Origin: a virus
Lineage: Duplodnaviria > Caudoviricetes
Virus record (IMG/VR): IMGVR_UViG_3300032722_000079
Location: 1 to 31,772 of that record
DNA: 31,772 nt
Reading direction: 5' to 3' (one strand)
Under the pieces are notes generated by a model. The model was not told the origin of the DNA. It saw only the letters and a program-made list of their open reading frames with translations, and made no database searches. The stretch's first letter is position 1. Every line of letters begins with the position of its first letter. Shown piece by piece: positions 9,400-17,646 of the stretch. The translations under genes were made by a program, and so were the position numbers.

Positions 9400-9701
9400 C
9401 TCTCTGCAAGGGCTCCATCTACAGATGCATAGCATCCCAGGCGAAACGTGTTATACTCAGTCCATTCAGCTGATGTCCTGGATAAAGCCAATTTCCCAAG
9501 TTGCGATGCATAACTGTATCGAGCAGTGATCAACGCATCAATCAACCTTGATCGATCGAGATCCGGAACCTCAACAAAATCGTACTGCCAGATTTCAGGC
9601 GTGTCTTTTGTAGCCGCAATTTCCGTGATATTGTAACGGAACTGCCATTTCCCATTACACTCCACAAACGCATCAGGAGCTACTGCACTATACCCAACCA
9701 T
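9396..9701 (-). CDS. Hypothetical 101-aa protein coupled to the RT
   Basis: Start overlaps the RT 3' end by 14 nt; stop overlaps the next start. Confidence 0.7.
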   Translation of the reverse strand: MVGYSAVAPDAFVECNGKWQFRYNITEIAATKDTPEIWQYDFVEVPDLDRSRLIDALITARYSYASQLGKLALSRTSAEWTEYNTFRLGCYASVDGALAER

Positions 9702-10641
9702 ACTGTTTCCTTAAATTGTAGGTATCCGCCCAAACGAACCACCCGTTATATGCCGCCAAACTTCTCTCTTCAGATTTCTTAACCTGCTCTTTAAATCTCT
9801 GCACAATAGATTTCCGTACCAGTGTGAACCTATGGAAAAACCGGTATCCGAGAAAATCAATCCCTCTTGCATCCACAGGGAATACCTGCCAGTTTTTCTT
9901 TACATCAAGCTTCAATTGCTCGGAAAGATACCTGTTGATATCAACCCGTATCCGATGAAGCTCCTCTTTGGTCTTCCCAAGCAACACAAGATCATCGCAG
10001 TACCGGAAGTAATACCGAACCCTCAACGTCTCTTTAATCCAATGGTCAAAATCCGAGAGATAAACGTTAGCAAAGTACTGGCTCGAATAATTTCCGATCG
10101 GCACACCAGGCGCACTGTCAATAATGAGGTCGAGCAGCCAGAGCACATCCATATCTTTTATTTTCCTCCGAATCAGTGACTTAAGCTCACCATGGTCAAT
10201 TGATCGATAAAACTTCCTGACATCCAGCTTTAAACAGTACTTTGTTGCGTCAACTGAGGTTAGTGCTCTCCGGAGTCGCTTAACACCATCATGTACACCT
10301 CTGCCCGGTAACGACGAATAGGTATCACGAATAAATCCCCGTATCCATATCGGCTCCAGAATATTCACGATACAATGGTGAATGATTCTATCAGGGAAAT
10401 ATGGCAGTTTCCATATTTCACGCTCTTTCAATCCATCGGTTCTCATCATTACGACGTAAGGAGAATTGATAAATGATTTTTCAATCAGCATTTTCCGAAT
10501 CATCATGAAATACTTATCAGGATCCCTATCAACCATCTTCACTTCTGTATAATGAGCCTTACCTTTTCGTGCTAGACGATGCGCAAACTCAATATTTTCC
10601 AAAGAACATATCCTCTCCCATAACCCTCCGAACCGCTTCAT
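9688..10641 (-). CDS. DGR reverse transcriptase
   Basis: 317 aa; DRIIHH, LKLDVRKFY, GVPIGNYSSQ (DGR-type GxxxSQ) and YFRYCDD; adjacent TR/VR pair. Confidence 0.97.
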   Translation of the reverse strand: MKRFGGLWERICSLENIEFAHRLARKGKAHYTEVKMVDRDPDKYFMMIRKMLIEKSFINSPYVVMMRTDGLKEREIWKLPYFPDRIIHHCIVNILEPIWIRGFIRDTYSSLPGRGVHDGVKRLRRALTSVDATKYCLKLDVRKFYRSIDHGELKSLIRRKIKDMDVLWLLDLIIDSAPGVPIGNYSSQYFANVYLSDFDHWIKETLRVRYYFRYCDDLVLLGKTKEELHRIRVDINRYLSEQLKLDVKKNWQVFPVDARGIDFLGYRFFHRFTLVRKSIVQRFKEQVKKSEERSLAAYNGWFVWADTYNLRKQYGWV

Positions 10642-10737
10642 TGTTGGCCCTTAAGCTTTCGTTTTATCTACCAGCATAACAGTGAGCCATCTTCCTTTTT
10701 TGCCAAGAGGCAAGGACACCAGGAACAAGAACAATTC
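10642..10737 (-). ncRNA. TR-RT spacer of the DGR RNA (putative priming/structural region)
   Basis: Non-coding 96 nt 3' of TR with hairpin TTGCC-TCTT-GGCAA (10700-10713). Confidence 0.55.
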
Positions 10738-10860
10738 TGAAGCAGAGGCGCCTGCCGATATTCGTATTCGTATCCGATGCCGTGTTATTCGCATTCCAAT
10801 AGAACGGACCCGCATTCGTTCCGTTATTCGAATTACCGCCTACCAGCAACACCTGCAGGC
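10738..10860 (-). repeat. DGR template repeat (TR)
   Basis: 123 bp ungapped match to 10928-11050; 31 adenines and 9 AAY codons on the coding strand. Confidence 0.97.
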
Positions 10861-10908
10861 ACACTACAATCCCTTTTATCCCAAAGAACAAAACCGCAAC
10901 GCACAACG

Positions 10909-10923
10909 AGCTGCTACGCAGCT
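10909..10923 (-). promoter_or_regulatory. DGR target-recognition hairpin 3' of VR
   Basis: AGCTGC-GTA-GCAGCT, 6-bp stem with GNA loop, overlapping the target stop codon 4 nt after homology ends. Confidence 0.7.
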
Positions 10924-12188
10924 TTTTTGAAGCAGAGGCGCCCGCCGATACTCGCCCTCGCATCCGATGCCGCGTAACTCGCAACCCAACAGAACGGACC
11001 CGCAGCCGAGCCGTGCTCCGAATAACCGCCCACCAGCAACACCCGCAGGCCAGCGGCTTGGTAGTAATAATCCCTCATTTTTGCTGATGAGCTACCCGTC
11101 ACTGTAGAGGGCAACACAATACCCAACCCGGAAAACGGTATTCCTCCAAATCCGTCACTGGACGGAAGAGTAATATTTACACCCAATTCGGTCTGTAACC
11201 TTGTCCATCCAGCTATCGTTGTATAATCGTAAGGCGGTTGAGGCTTATAGTAATAATCGTGATCGCTGATAAGTGCAGTAACTCTTTCCCATACATTCCC
11301 CCAAGGATTCTCAATACCAAGCACAAAGGAATAATCTGTCGCATAGCCTCCAGTTGTACCGACCTGGACAGCTCCGTAATAGTCGTAAGCCGCAAGGCCT
11401 AAACCGCACTTACCGATATAGCTTCCGTTTACCCAAGCACCTCCGGAAAGATTGATACGTCCAGCACCAACAATGGCAGGTATATCGTAGCTAGCAAATA
11501 TTGCGAGCATCAACAGTCGCTGATATTGTGCTGTCAGGAAGTCCTGTATCTGCCAGCTAGATCCACGAGCGGCAGCAAGAGCATCCATCTGTGACGCATT
11601 AGTCCCTGTTAGCCCCCACGCACCAGAACGCTCAGTTACTGGATATACATCAGATACCCCATCAGCTGGACTTTTAGCGATACTGTAAAGCTTATTTCCA
11701 GATCCGCTGTTATAGACTGACGCCTCAAATGTCGCTTGGTAAACTGCACTTATACCAGTAAAGAGAGGGTGCAGTGTAAACCCTTCAAGAGGCAAATGAG
11801 AGAGCATCACGTAAACCCAGTTTCCCCATGTGCCGACCTTAACGTACGAAGGGAGGTACTCGACCATCACCTGGCCATCAGTACCACTTAAAGGTACAGT
11901 GGTGCCGTCAGTGTACTTCGTTTTATCAATCCAGGATATCTCTTTTGTTACCGCTCCATTATCTTTCAAAGTGACCATCCTCAACCTGGAGATTATGGGA
12001 GATACCCATCGCGGACAAAAAACGCCAGTCGGAATACCCTGCGACTTTCCGAGGCGGGTGAATACATCCGAATAGGTGTTGTATGCAAATCCGAAGTAAT
12101 CTTCTGACTGTGATATCGTCTCGATTACTGATATCCTTGCATTGAGTCCTGCTATATCATTCATTACTTTCCTGTCAGGCCAAGGCAT
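10914..12188 (-). CDS. DGR target protein with C-terminal C-type-lectin-like (Mtd/FGE-type) variable domain; probable receptor-binding protein
   Basis: GIENPWGNVWE and VGGY..HGS.AG...IGGRLCF motifs; VR at the 3' end. Confidence 0.92.
   Translation of the reverse strand: MPWPDRKVMNDIAGLNARISVIETISQSEDYFGFAYNTYSDVFTRLGKSQGIPTGVFCPRWVSPIISRLRMVTLKDNGAVTKEISWIDKTKYTDGTTVPLSGTDGQVMVEYLPSYVKVGTWGNWVYVMLSHLPLEGFTLHPLFTGISAVYQATFEASVYNSGSGNKLYSIAKSPADGVSDVYPVTERSGAWGLTGTNASQMDALAAARGSSWQIQDFLTAQYQRLLMLAIFASYDIPAIVGAGRINLSGGAWVNGSYIGKCGLGLAAYDYYGAVQVGTTGGYATDYSFVLGIENPWGNVWERVTALISDHDYYYKPQPPYDYTTIAGWTRLQTELGVNITLPSSDGFGGIPFSGLGIVLPSTVTGSSSAKMRDYYYQAAGLRVLLVGGYSEHGSAAGPFCWVASYAASDARASIGGRLCFKKAA
10928..11050 (-). 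repeat. DGR variable repeat (VR)
   Basis: 22 differences from TR: 20 at TR adenines (13 A>G, 4 A>T, 3 A>C) and 2 T>G. Confidence 0.97.
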
Positions 12189-12189
12189 A

Positions 12190-12516
12190 TCAATAAACGT
12201 TTAAAGTTGCTGTAACCGTCGCAGCAGATCCTGCTGGAGCAGTTGCATAAATCCAAATTTTCGCGAATGGCCCAATAGCTGGCCAGTAACATTTGCGACC
12301 ACTGCCGTCATGGGTAAGGAGTATTCCTCCGCCATCGACCTTGGCTGGAGTATCGAGGACCGCACTTGCTTTATAACTGATCACCACAGCAGCATCTGAA
12401 TCAACTTCAAGACCGAAATCACCTGATGCACCAAGAGCATTTACATCTACCAGTACTCCCGTTGATGTTGCTCCAGCTTCAAGCACCCGGGAAGTAAACA
12501 ATACCACTGTTTTCAT
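12190..12516 (-). CDS. Small beta-rich hypothetical (possible virion adaptor)
   Basis: 108 aa, ends 1 nt before the DGR target start. Confidence 0.6.
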   Translation of the reverse strand: MKTVVLFTSRVLEAGATSTGVLVDVNALGASGDFGLEVDSDAAVVISYKASAVLDTPAKVDGGGILLTHDGSGRKCYWPAIGPFAKIWIYATAPAGSAATVTATLNVY

Positions 12517-12518
12517 TG

Positions 12519-12812
12519 CTATCGAATTTGTAACTGTGATACTGGTGAGTCAATCTGTCCCGCTAAAACAGCATCAACCTTTTGAGTTAATAAGTTAAGG
12601 TTACCCTTCATCGCAGCTGCCTCAGCATCAGTCAACGTTCCGGCTTGAGCAGATTTAGCATGATCGATTATCGACGCAATTGAGGCATCAGCATCGACGA
12701 TTAATTTCCCAACCGTCTCGGATAAATTTATGAGGTTCTGTTTAGCTCCAACAGCCGTAAGTCCTGCCTTTAAGAGCTCCTCAAGGAGCGATACCATCAC
12801 AAGATCAATCAT
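12519..12812 (-). CDS. Hypothetical helical protein in lysis cluster
   Basis: 97 aa, ATGA-coupled to the lipoprotein gene. Confidence 0.6.
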   Translation of the reverse strand: MIDLVMVSLLEELLKAGLTAVGAKQNLINLSETVGKLIVDADASIASIIDHAKSAQAGTLTDAEAAAMKGNLNLLTQKVDAVLAGQIDSPVSQLQIR

Positions 12813-13204
12813 TTTTTCAGTCCAATTTTTGTTAGCAAAGAATCAGCAGGTTGAATCGCCTCTGATGCCTGGGAAAATGTAAGCTGAGCTACAACAGGGT
12901 CCTTCTTAATTAACGGGTATGCGATATCAAGAAGCGCTTGAGCCTTTACAACTGCATCTCTTATTGTTTTCCCTTGTGCTGTGGTTATAAGAGGTGGCTT
13001 AGCTGTAAGTGCATCATAGTTGAGCTGCTGAAGAAGTGCTGCAGCTCCGTACCCGGTAACATAAGCGAGTTGCAGCTTTTCTTGTACTGTCTGAGGAGTA
13101 GCCTCAGTTTTCGTTTTCGTTGTAACGGAACTGCTTTTCACCGTTGTGCAACCTGATAAAGTTGCTGTCAACAATAGAGTGGTAAAGAGTATAAATTTTT
13201 TCAT
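12809..13204 (-). CDS. Lipoprotein (possible spanin component)
   Basis: Signal peptide with lipobox LSG|C; follows endolysin and holin. Confidence 0.7.
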   Translation of the reverse strand: MKKFILFTTLLLTATLSGCTTVKSSSVTTKTKTEATPQTVQEKLQLAYVTGYGAAALLQQLNYDALTAKPPLITTAQGKTIRDAVVKAQALLDIAYPLIKKDPVVAQLTFSQASEAIQPADSLLTKIGLKK

Positions 13205-13617
13205 TTTGCCTCAGTGGTTAAGTCCGTTGGCAAATCCTTACTTGTGAAATAGTTAAACTTCTTGTCTCCGAAATACCAGCGAAGCCCATAGACTGAAGCA
13301 GTGATACCAATGAGTAGAGACGGATACCACCATGGTGCCAGCGCAATATAATGCCACCCTTTTACAACAGCCTCCTGTGTCTGTGGTACAAACGACAAGA
13401 CAAACGGAATCGTAAAAACCCATAAGAGATATTCATCCTTCCAGCTGTGCTCCTGGTTCTTCATCGCCTCCATATCATAGTCATCAGGCGCACTCTCTTT
13501 TTTCGCATCAATACGCATCTGCTCGAGCTGAAGCTCAAGGTCAAGCTTTTGCTTTTCCTGCTTCCCGTTTATCCATCCAGTGGCAAGATTTATAATCCCA
13601 TCGATTATAGGTATCAT
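13201..13617 (-). CDS. Holin-like membrane protein
   Basis: SWKDE...hydrophobic segment...PWWY...YGLR pattern; adjacent to lysozyme. Confidence 0.7.
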   Translation of the reverse strand: MIPIIDGIINLATGWINGKQEKQKLDLELQLEQMRIDAKKESAPDDYDMEAMKNQEHSWKDEYLLWVFTIPFVLSFVPQTQEAVVKGWHYIALAPWWYPSLLIGITASVYGLRWYFGDKKFNYFTSKDLPTDLTTEAK

Positions 13618-14103
13618 TTACAATATCTCCTTTGACAAGAACCTTAGCCTCTCTTTTTCTCTCCTATTCACTAAACCAACGAGCTTCACCAATTTCCCGT
13701 TAACATGCGCACCTTCCCATTTATGGAACTCTTTCGCCGCATCATCGAATCGGCCTTCATTGACCAGCCTCAAGAGAGTAGAATCTCCAAGACCTTCTGC
13801 TCTGTTATCGTGATCCTCATCAAGTCCGACGTTAAAGGCAAAATCAACAAGCGCATCAAACATTCCCTGAGTAATTTCACTAGTGACAAGTTTCATCACA
13901 TGCACAGCGACAAAAGAAAGATCTTCTTGCAGCAATCGTTCAGCTTCAACTTCAGTAATAGCCTTTTTGGGGTCAACGTTTTTTGTGTGACCCCACCCTA
14001 CCGTCCATTTTCCTGCAGGGCATAAGTATGGCGTAAGTCGGAGGCCTTCAAATTCTTTGATCGTATCAAAAACCCAGGTTGATAAAGGGATAAATGCTTT
14101 CAT
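13618..14103 (-). CDS. Endolysin, GH24 lysozyme
   Basis: FEGLRLTPYLCPAGKWTVGWGHT, FDALVDFAFNVG, GLVNRREKE. Confidence 0.95.
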   Translation of the reverse strand: MKAFIPLSTWVFDTIKEFEGLRLTPYLCPAGKWTVGWGHTKNVDPKKAITEVEAERLLQEDLSFVAVHVMKLVTSEITQGMFDALVDFAFNVGLDEDHDNRAEGLGDSTLLRLVNEGRFDDAAKEFHKWEGAHVNGKLVKLVGLVNRREKERLRFLSKEIL

Positions 14104-14209
14104 TTCTCTTTTACATAGCGTTCACGTATCAGAACACCGTTAAATAGCGTTAAATGATACTTAAGCAGGCGAAAACTCCTATAGGCCCTTACATTGTGAC
14201 GCATATCAA

Positions 14210-14716
14210 TCACAAAGTCTCCTCCTGGCCTGTTTGCTGCGTTTCCTGTTCAATGCCGATTCGAGGGTAATCATCATCCAGTAACCCTCCCGTAAATCCT
14301 TGGGGAAACCTGTGCCTCGTATAATTCACCCTTGGTCCCTGTGCTACAGCAATCGTATCTGTTCCTGAGTCAATCCGGAACGTGTTCGCGGTTATTGCTT
14401 TCAGCTTTTCCTGCTGGCGTTTGTACAGCTGGGTTATCGCATCCGGAACAGTTTCTGCAGCTCTTCGGAAATACAGGTGGCATTTCATCAGCTGAGCAGT
14501 CAGTTCTTTGATATCATCCGGCACCGGACTGAAAGGCAGAGTATAAAGGCCCCTGCAGTATAGGTGGATATCCGAGACCGCAGCAACATTGCACGCCGTC
14601 AAGTTTGCTGTCGCGGCTGTGTCGAGTGTACCAACTCCATAATCGTCACAACACTCGATAATCTTCTGCAGGGGAATAACTCCCTGCAAATATGTCAAGT
14701 CGACGTACAACATCAA
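14210..14716 (-). CDS. Mu gp36-like (DUF1320) head-tail adaptor
   Basis: YCRGLYTLPFSPVP...LYFRR; directly after the capsid gene. Confidence 0.85.
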   Translation of the reverse strand: MMLYVDLTYLQGVIPLQKIIECCDDYGVGTLDTAATANLTACNVAAVSDIHLYCRGLYTLPFSPVPDDIKELTAQLMKCHLYFRRAAETVPDAITQLYKRQQEKLKAITANTFRIDSGTDTIAVAQGPRVNYTRHRFPQGFTGGLLDDDYPRIGIEQETQQTGQEETL

Positions 14717-15657
14717 CCCAGTCTCACGCCTGGTAAACAGGCAAGAGCACGACCATTGAACGCCTCACCACTGTCAGCCTGCAGCTCAATAGTTTGCTCA
14801 TAGAAGTTTCCAACCAGCTTCATGTCATATACCTTGAGTCCACTGCGAGTTGTCATCAAACTCCAGTAAGCAGCCTCTTCGGAGCGGAGAGCGTAGATCG
14901 TGGTAGTATCAGACGATGTTCCCTTTGTTTCCGTTAAGGGCAGGTTATCCGATCCATCATACTTAAAGCCTGCAGGGATAATCGGAACTCCATTGAAGTG
15001 ATCGATCTGACGACCAAACTCATCTGTCGTGGTACTGACATTATCACGAGCAACCGTTGAAAGCCTGCTCCATATTTTGGAGTTGAACACCAAAGCAGAT
15101 GCACCGCCATCTATAGCAGCTATCAGGTCATTCAGCGCCTCGATAAACTGCTGATGGCTTTTCTTGGCTGTGTTATCTGTACCGGCAACAATCTGAAGCC
15201 CATTATCGCCAAGATTGGTTAATGTTTGTGTAGCATTGAGACCTGCAATAGCTTTTTTCATCCCGTCAAACTGCAACGCAGAAACCGTATGGTCGCCGGT
15301 CAGCAGGTAGGTCTGAAGGTTTTTCCCAAGGGTTCGGGCAAAAGCTTTCAGCTGGCGTTTAAACTCTGAAGGGATATCACTCCCTCGATCTTCAAAAGCC
15401 CGGTCAACCCTGAGCGTTTTACCGAAGATTTTAAGCGCAAAAGCCGCATAAACCGGAGCGACGTCATTAGTACCATAATCAGAACCAATAGCCCTGAACG
15501 CTGCGGCAGTGTTGATGTCGGCATCTTTACGCAGACTGGCTGCACCACCCGGTTCAACAAAAAATTGGATGACGTCAAGCAGAGGGGCATTCCTGCGTAC
15601 CTCTTCAACGACCATCCTGGTGACTTCATCACCTCCCGATATTTGATGTAAATACAT
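14713..15657 (-). CDS. Major capsid protein
   Basis: 314 aa; LKIFG..LRVDR, GD....LQFDG, DEFGRQI..FNGVPI; follows protease. Confidence 0.9.
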   Translation of the reverse strand: MYLHQISGGDEVTRMVVEEVRRNAPLLDVIQFFVEPGGAASLRKDADINTAAAFRAIGSDYGTNDVAPVYAAFALKIFGKTLRVDRAFEDRGSDIPSEFKRQLKAFARTLGKNLQTYLLTGDHTVSALQFDGMKKAIAGLNATQTLTNLGDNGLQIVAGTDNTAKKSHQQFIEALNDLIAAIDGGASALVFNSKIWSRLSTVARDNVSTTTDEFGRQIDHFNGVPIIPAGFKYDGSDNLPLTETKGTSSDTTTIYALRSEEAAYWSLMTTRSGLKVYDMKLVGNFYEQTIELQADSGEAFNGRALACLPGVRLG

Positions 15658-15686
15658 ATCCGTAAAGAGTTTTGATTGATAAATCC

Positions 15687-16787
15687 TTATTTCGATCCCT
15701 GAGCTGCTTCAAACTGCGCAGTCAAGGCAGCTTGTACTGGATCACCATCCGGCGCGTCTCCTTCAGCAGCTTTTTCTTTTGTGGCCACCTCCTCGAACAC
15801 CAACTGAGGCTTTGCTCCAGCTATCAGCTCTTTCAGCATATCAAAGCTTGTCTTCGAGACCTTTGTGCCATCAACTTCAAACTGCACTGGCTGTGCACCG
15901 TAGAGGTCACTCAGGATAGCAACGATCTGGTCTTTAATTTTTGGAGTAACAACTGCTCGATGTTCTGAGCAAAAACCAAGAATTTCAGCCTGCACAAGTC
16001 CTGCAGCTGCTTCACTCTGCTGCTGCAGCAGTGTTGCGTTTTCTGTCCGGAGTCTTTCCAGCTCCTCCTGTTGTTCAACTGTCATATCCGATTCGAATTT
16101 GTTAGTGGTAGTGTATGGAACTGCATCTTTCGGCGGATCTGCCGGAAGGTCAGGCGGATCTGCCGGAAGGTCAAGTTTAAGGAAGTCCATCACATACGAT
16201 GGGAGGAACTTATCAGCGGCTTCGATGCCGTTCGCTTCGATTTCCTTGTCACGCATACGCTGGAACAGTCCGGCAACATCTCGCATCCAGCCCTGCAACA
16301 TCCATTTCCAGCTGACATCAAAACCCTCTACCGGATTCCCAAGATCTGATGCCTCAAATTCAACCTCTTCGGTATAGACTGCCGGGACGTTATCCGATGC
16401 TTCAAATGCCACTCCAAGTCCGCTCACAGCAGGGTTATCAGTGAAGCCTATGTGTACGATCTCACCGAGCTTACCTATCCCGACCGAAACCTTGTCGCAT
16501 CCAGCATTTTTCAAACTGGCAATCCATTCTTTTGCAAAGTCAAGCGGCTGAGCAGTCAAGTATGTCCGACCGCCTTCTTCAAACACCTGGATACTTTCGC
16601 GATCAGCATAGCCAAGCACTGGAAGGTTATTCTTCGGATGGCGGTAGGTATAAGGGATTTTCAGCGGGCTGTTCGCCTTGGTTGATTCAAAGACACCAAG
16701 CACCTTCTCTTTCGGCCAGAACTTCTCCTTGGTTGTTTCTTTCTTATGCACCCCTGAGGCAAATATTTTGTGGCGTTTAAAGTCCAT
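15687..16787 (-). CDS. Prohead protease / scaffold (Mu I/Z-like)
   Basis: HP....PVLGY, KVS and HIGF...PAVSGL protease motifs; acidic coiled-coil C-terminus. Confidence 0.85.
   Translation of the reverse strand: MDFKRHKIFASGVHKKETTKEKFWPKEKVLGVFESTKANSPLKIPYTYRHPKNNLPVLGYADRESIQVFEEGGRTYLTAQPLDFAKEWIASLKNAGCDKVSVGIGKLGEIVHIGFTDNPAVSGLGVAFEASDNVPAVYTEEVEFEASDLGNPVEGFDVSWKWMLQGWMRDVAGLFQRMRDKEIEANGIEAADKFLPSYVMDFLKLDLPADPPDLPADPPKDAVPYTTTNKFESDMTVEQQEELERLRTENATLLQQQSEAAAGLVQAEILGFCSEHRAVVTPKIKDQIVAILSDLYGAQPVQFEVDGTKVSKTSFDMLKELIAGAKPQLVFEEVATKEKAAEGDAPDGDPVQAALTAQFEAAQGSK
16132..16173. repeat. Perfect 21-bp tandem duplication in protease/scaffold linker (DLPADPP x2)
   Basis: GGCGGATCTGCCGGAAGGTCA repeated twice. 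Confidence 0.9.
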
Positions 16788-16996
16788 TCATCGGTGATTC
16801 AATTGGTGATAAAGACTCATTGCGGTGGAGATGCCGCGACGTGAATGCTCCTATAATTACCTGCAACTTATGCAGCGTAATCGGCAAATCTTTCATGCGC
16901 CATTTCCAGGAAAACTTGCAGGGAAAACGATCTATAGAACCCTGCCGGAAATCAAGGCTACTTTGAGGGAGTATCAAAATCGCATAACCCAACATT
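16788..16996. promoter_or_regulatory. Divergent late promoter region
   Basis: 209-bp gap between divergent operons; imperfect dyad ATTACCTGCA-ACTTA-TGCAGCGTAAT at 16856-16881. Confidence 0.55.
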
Positions 16997-17404
16997 ATGA
17001 CAGAAATAGGGAGTCAAGGATTCGTCGAACTTGCTTTACAACTCGGTATTGCAGTACTGCTGTTCGGAGCGCTTATCATTTTCTCGGCAGTAACAAGGCA
17101 CTGGATTAAGACCGAGCAACTCCATTGGACGGAAGAGTTCAAGCTCAGAGAACAAAAAGACGCCGGGGATAAACTGATGCTTACCAGTTTAATCGAAAAG
17201 AATTTCTCAATACTGACCGACGTCATGAGAGACAGTAGAGAGCAGATCCACGCCATCACCCAGCTGGTCGAACGGATAAAGCAAATGCAGATACACTACG
17301 ACCAGGCATTTCGTGACCTCTTCATTAAGCACGACGATCATACAAAAAACCCGTGCTTTGAACATTTCAGATCACTTCTCGAACATCAGAACCATAAAGA
17401 ATGA
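16997..17404 (+). CDS. N-terminal transmembrane + coiled-coil protein
   Basis: 135 aa; first gene of the + operon; RBS-like GAGGGAG upstream. Confidence 0.7.
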   Translation: MTEIGSQGFVELALQLGIAVLLFGALIIFSAVTRHWIKTEQLHWTEEFKLREQKDAGDKLMLTSLIEKNFSILTDVMRDSREQIHAITQLVERIKQMQIHYDQAFRDLFIKHDDHTKNPCFEHFRSLLEHQNHKE

Positions 17405-17646
17405 GTCAGATTCGTGACCTAAAACTTGGTCAGCTTGAACAGCTGCGTCAAAAAATCACTGCCCTCGATGCCAAGGCAGCCAATGCCATCATTGCCATTG
17501 AGCTGAAAACCTATAACAAGAGCGACCTGTCAACGCTTGATGTCGAAAGTATCCATCAGGCGGCAATGGACTTAAAATCATACGTCAATGACCTGCGTAG
17601 AGTAAAAAAACAAGCCAACGATCTGCACGAAGAGCTGTATGGCTAA
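17401..17646 (+). CDS. Hypothetical coiled-coil protein
   Basis: 81 aa, overlaps both neighbours. Confidence 0.7.
   Translation: MSQIRDLKLGQLEQLRQKITALDAKAANAIIAIELKTYNKSDLSTLDVESIHQAAMDLKSYVNDLRRVKKQANDLHEELYG

Noticed and set aside
9688-10641. RT as group II intron, retron or Abi RT
   Set aside because: The GNxxSQ motif, lack of maturase/endonuclease domains and the adenine-specific TR/VR pair identify a DGR RT.
10664-10984. 106-aa ORF resembling the target C-terminus
   Set aside because: It is the open frame through TR (Asn-rich AAY codons), not a separate gene or avd.
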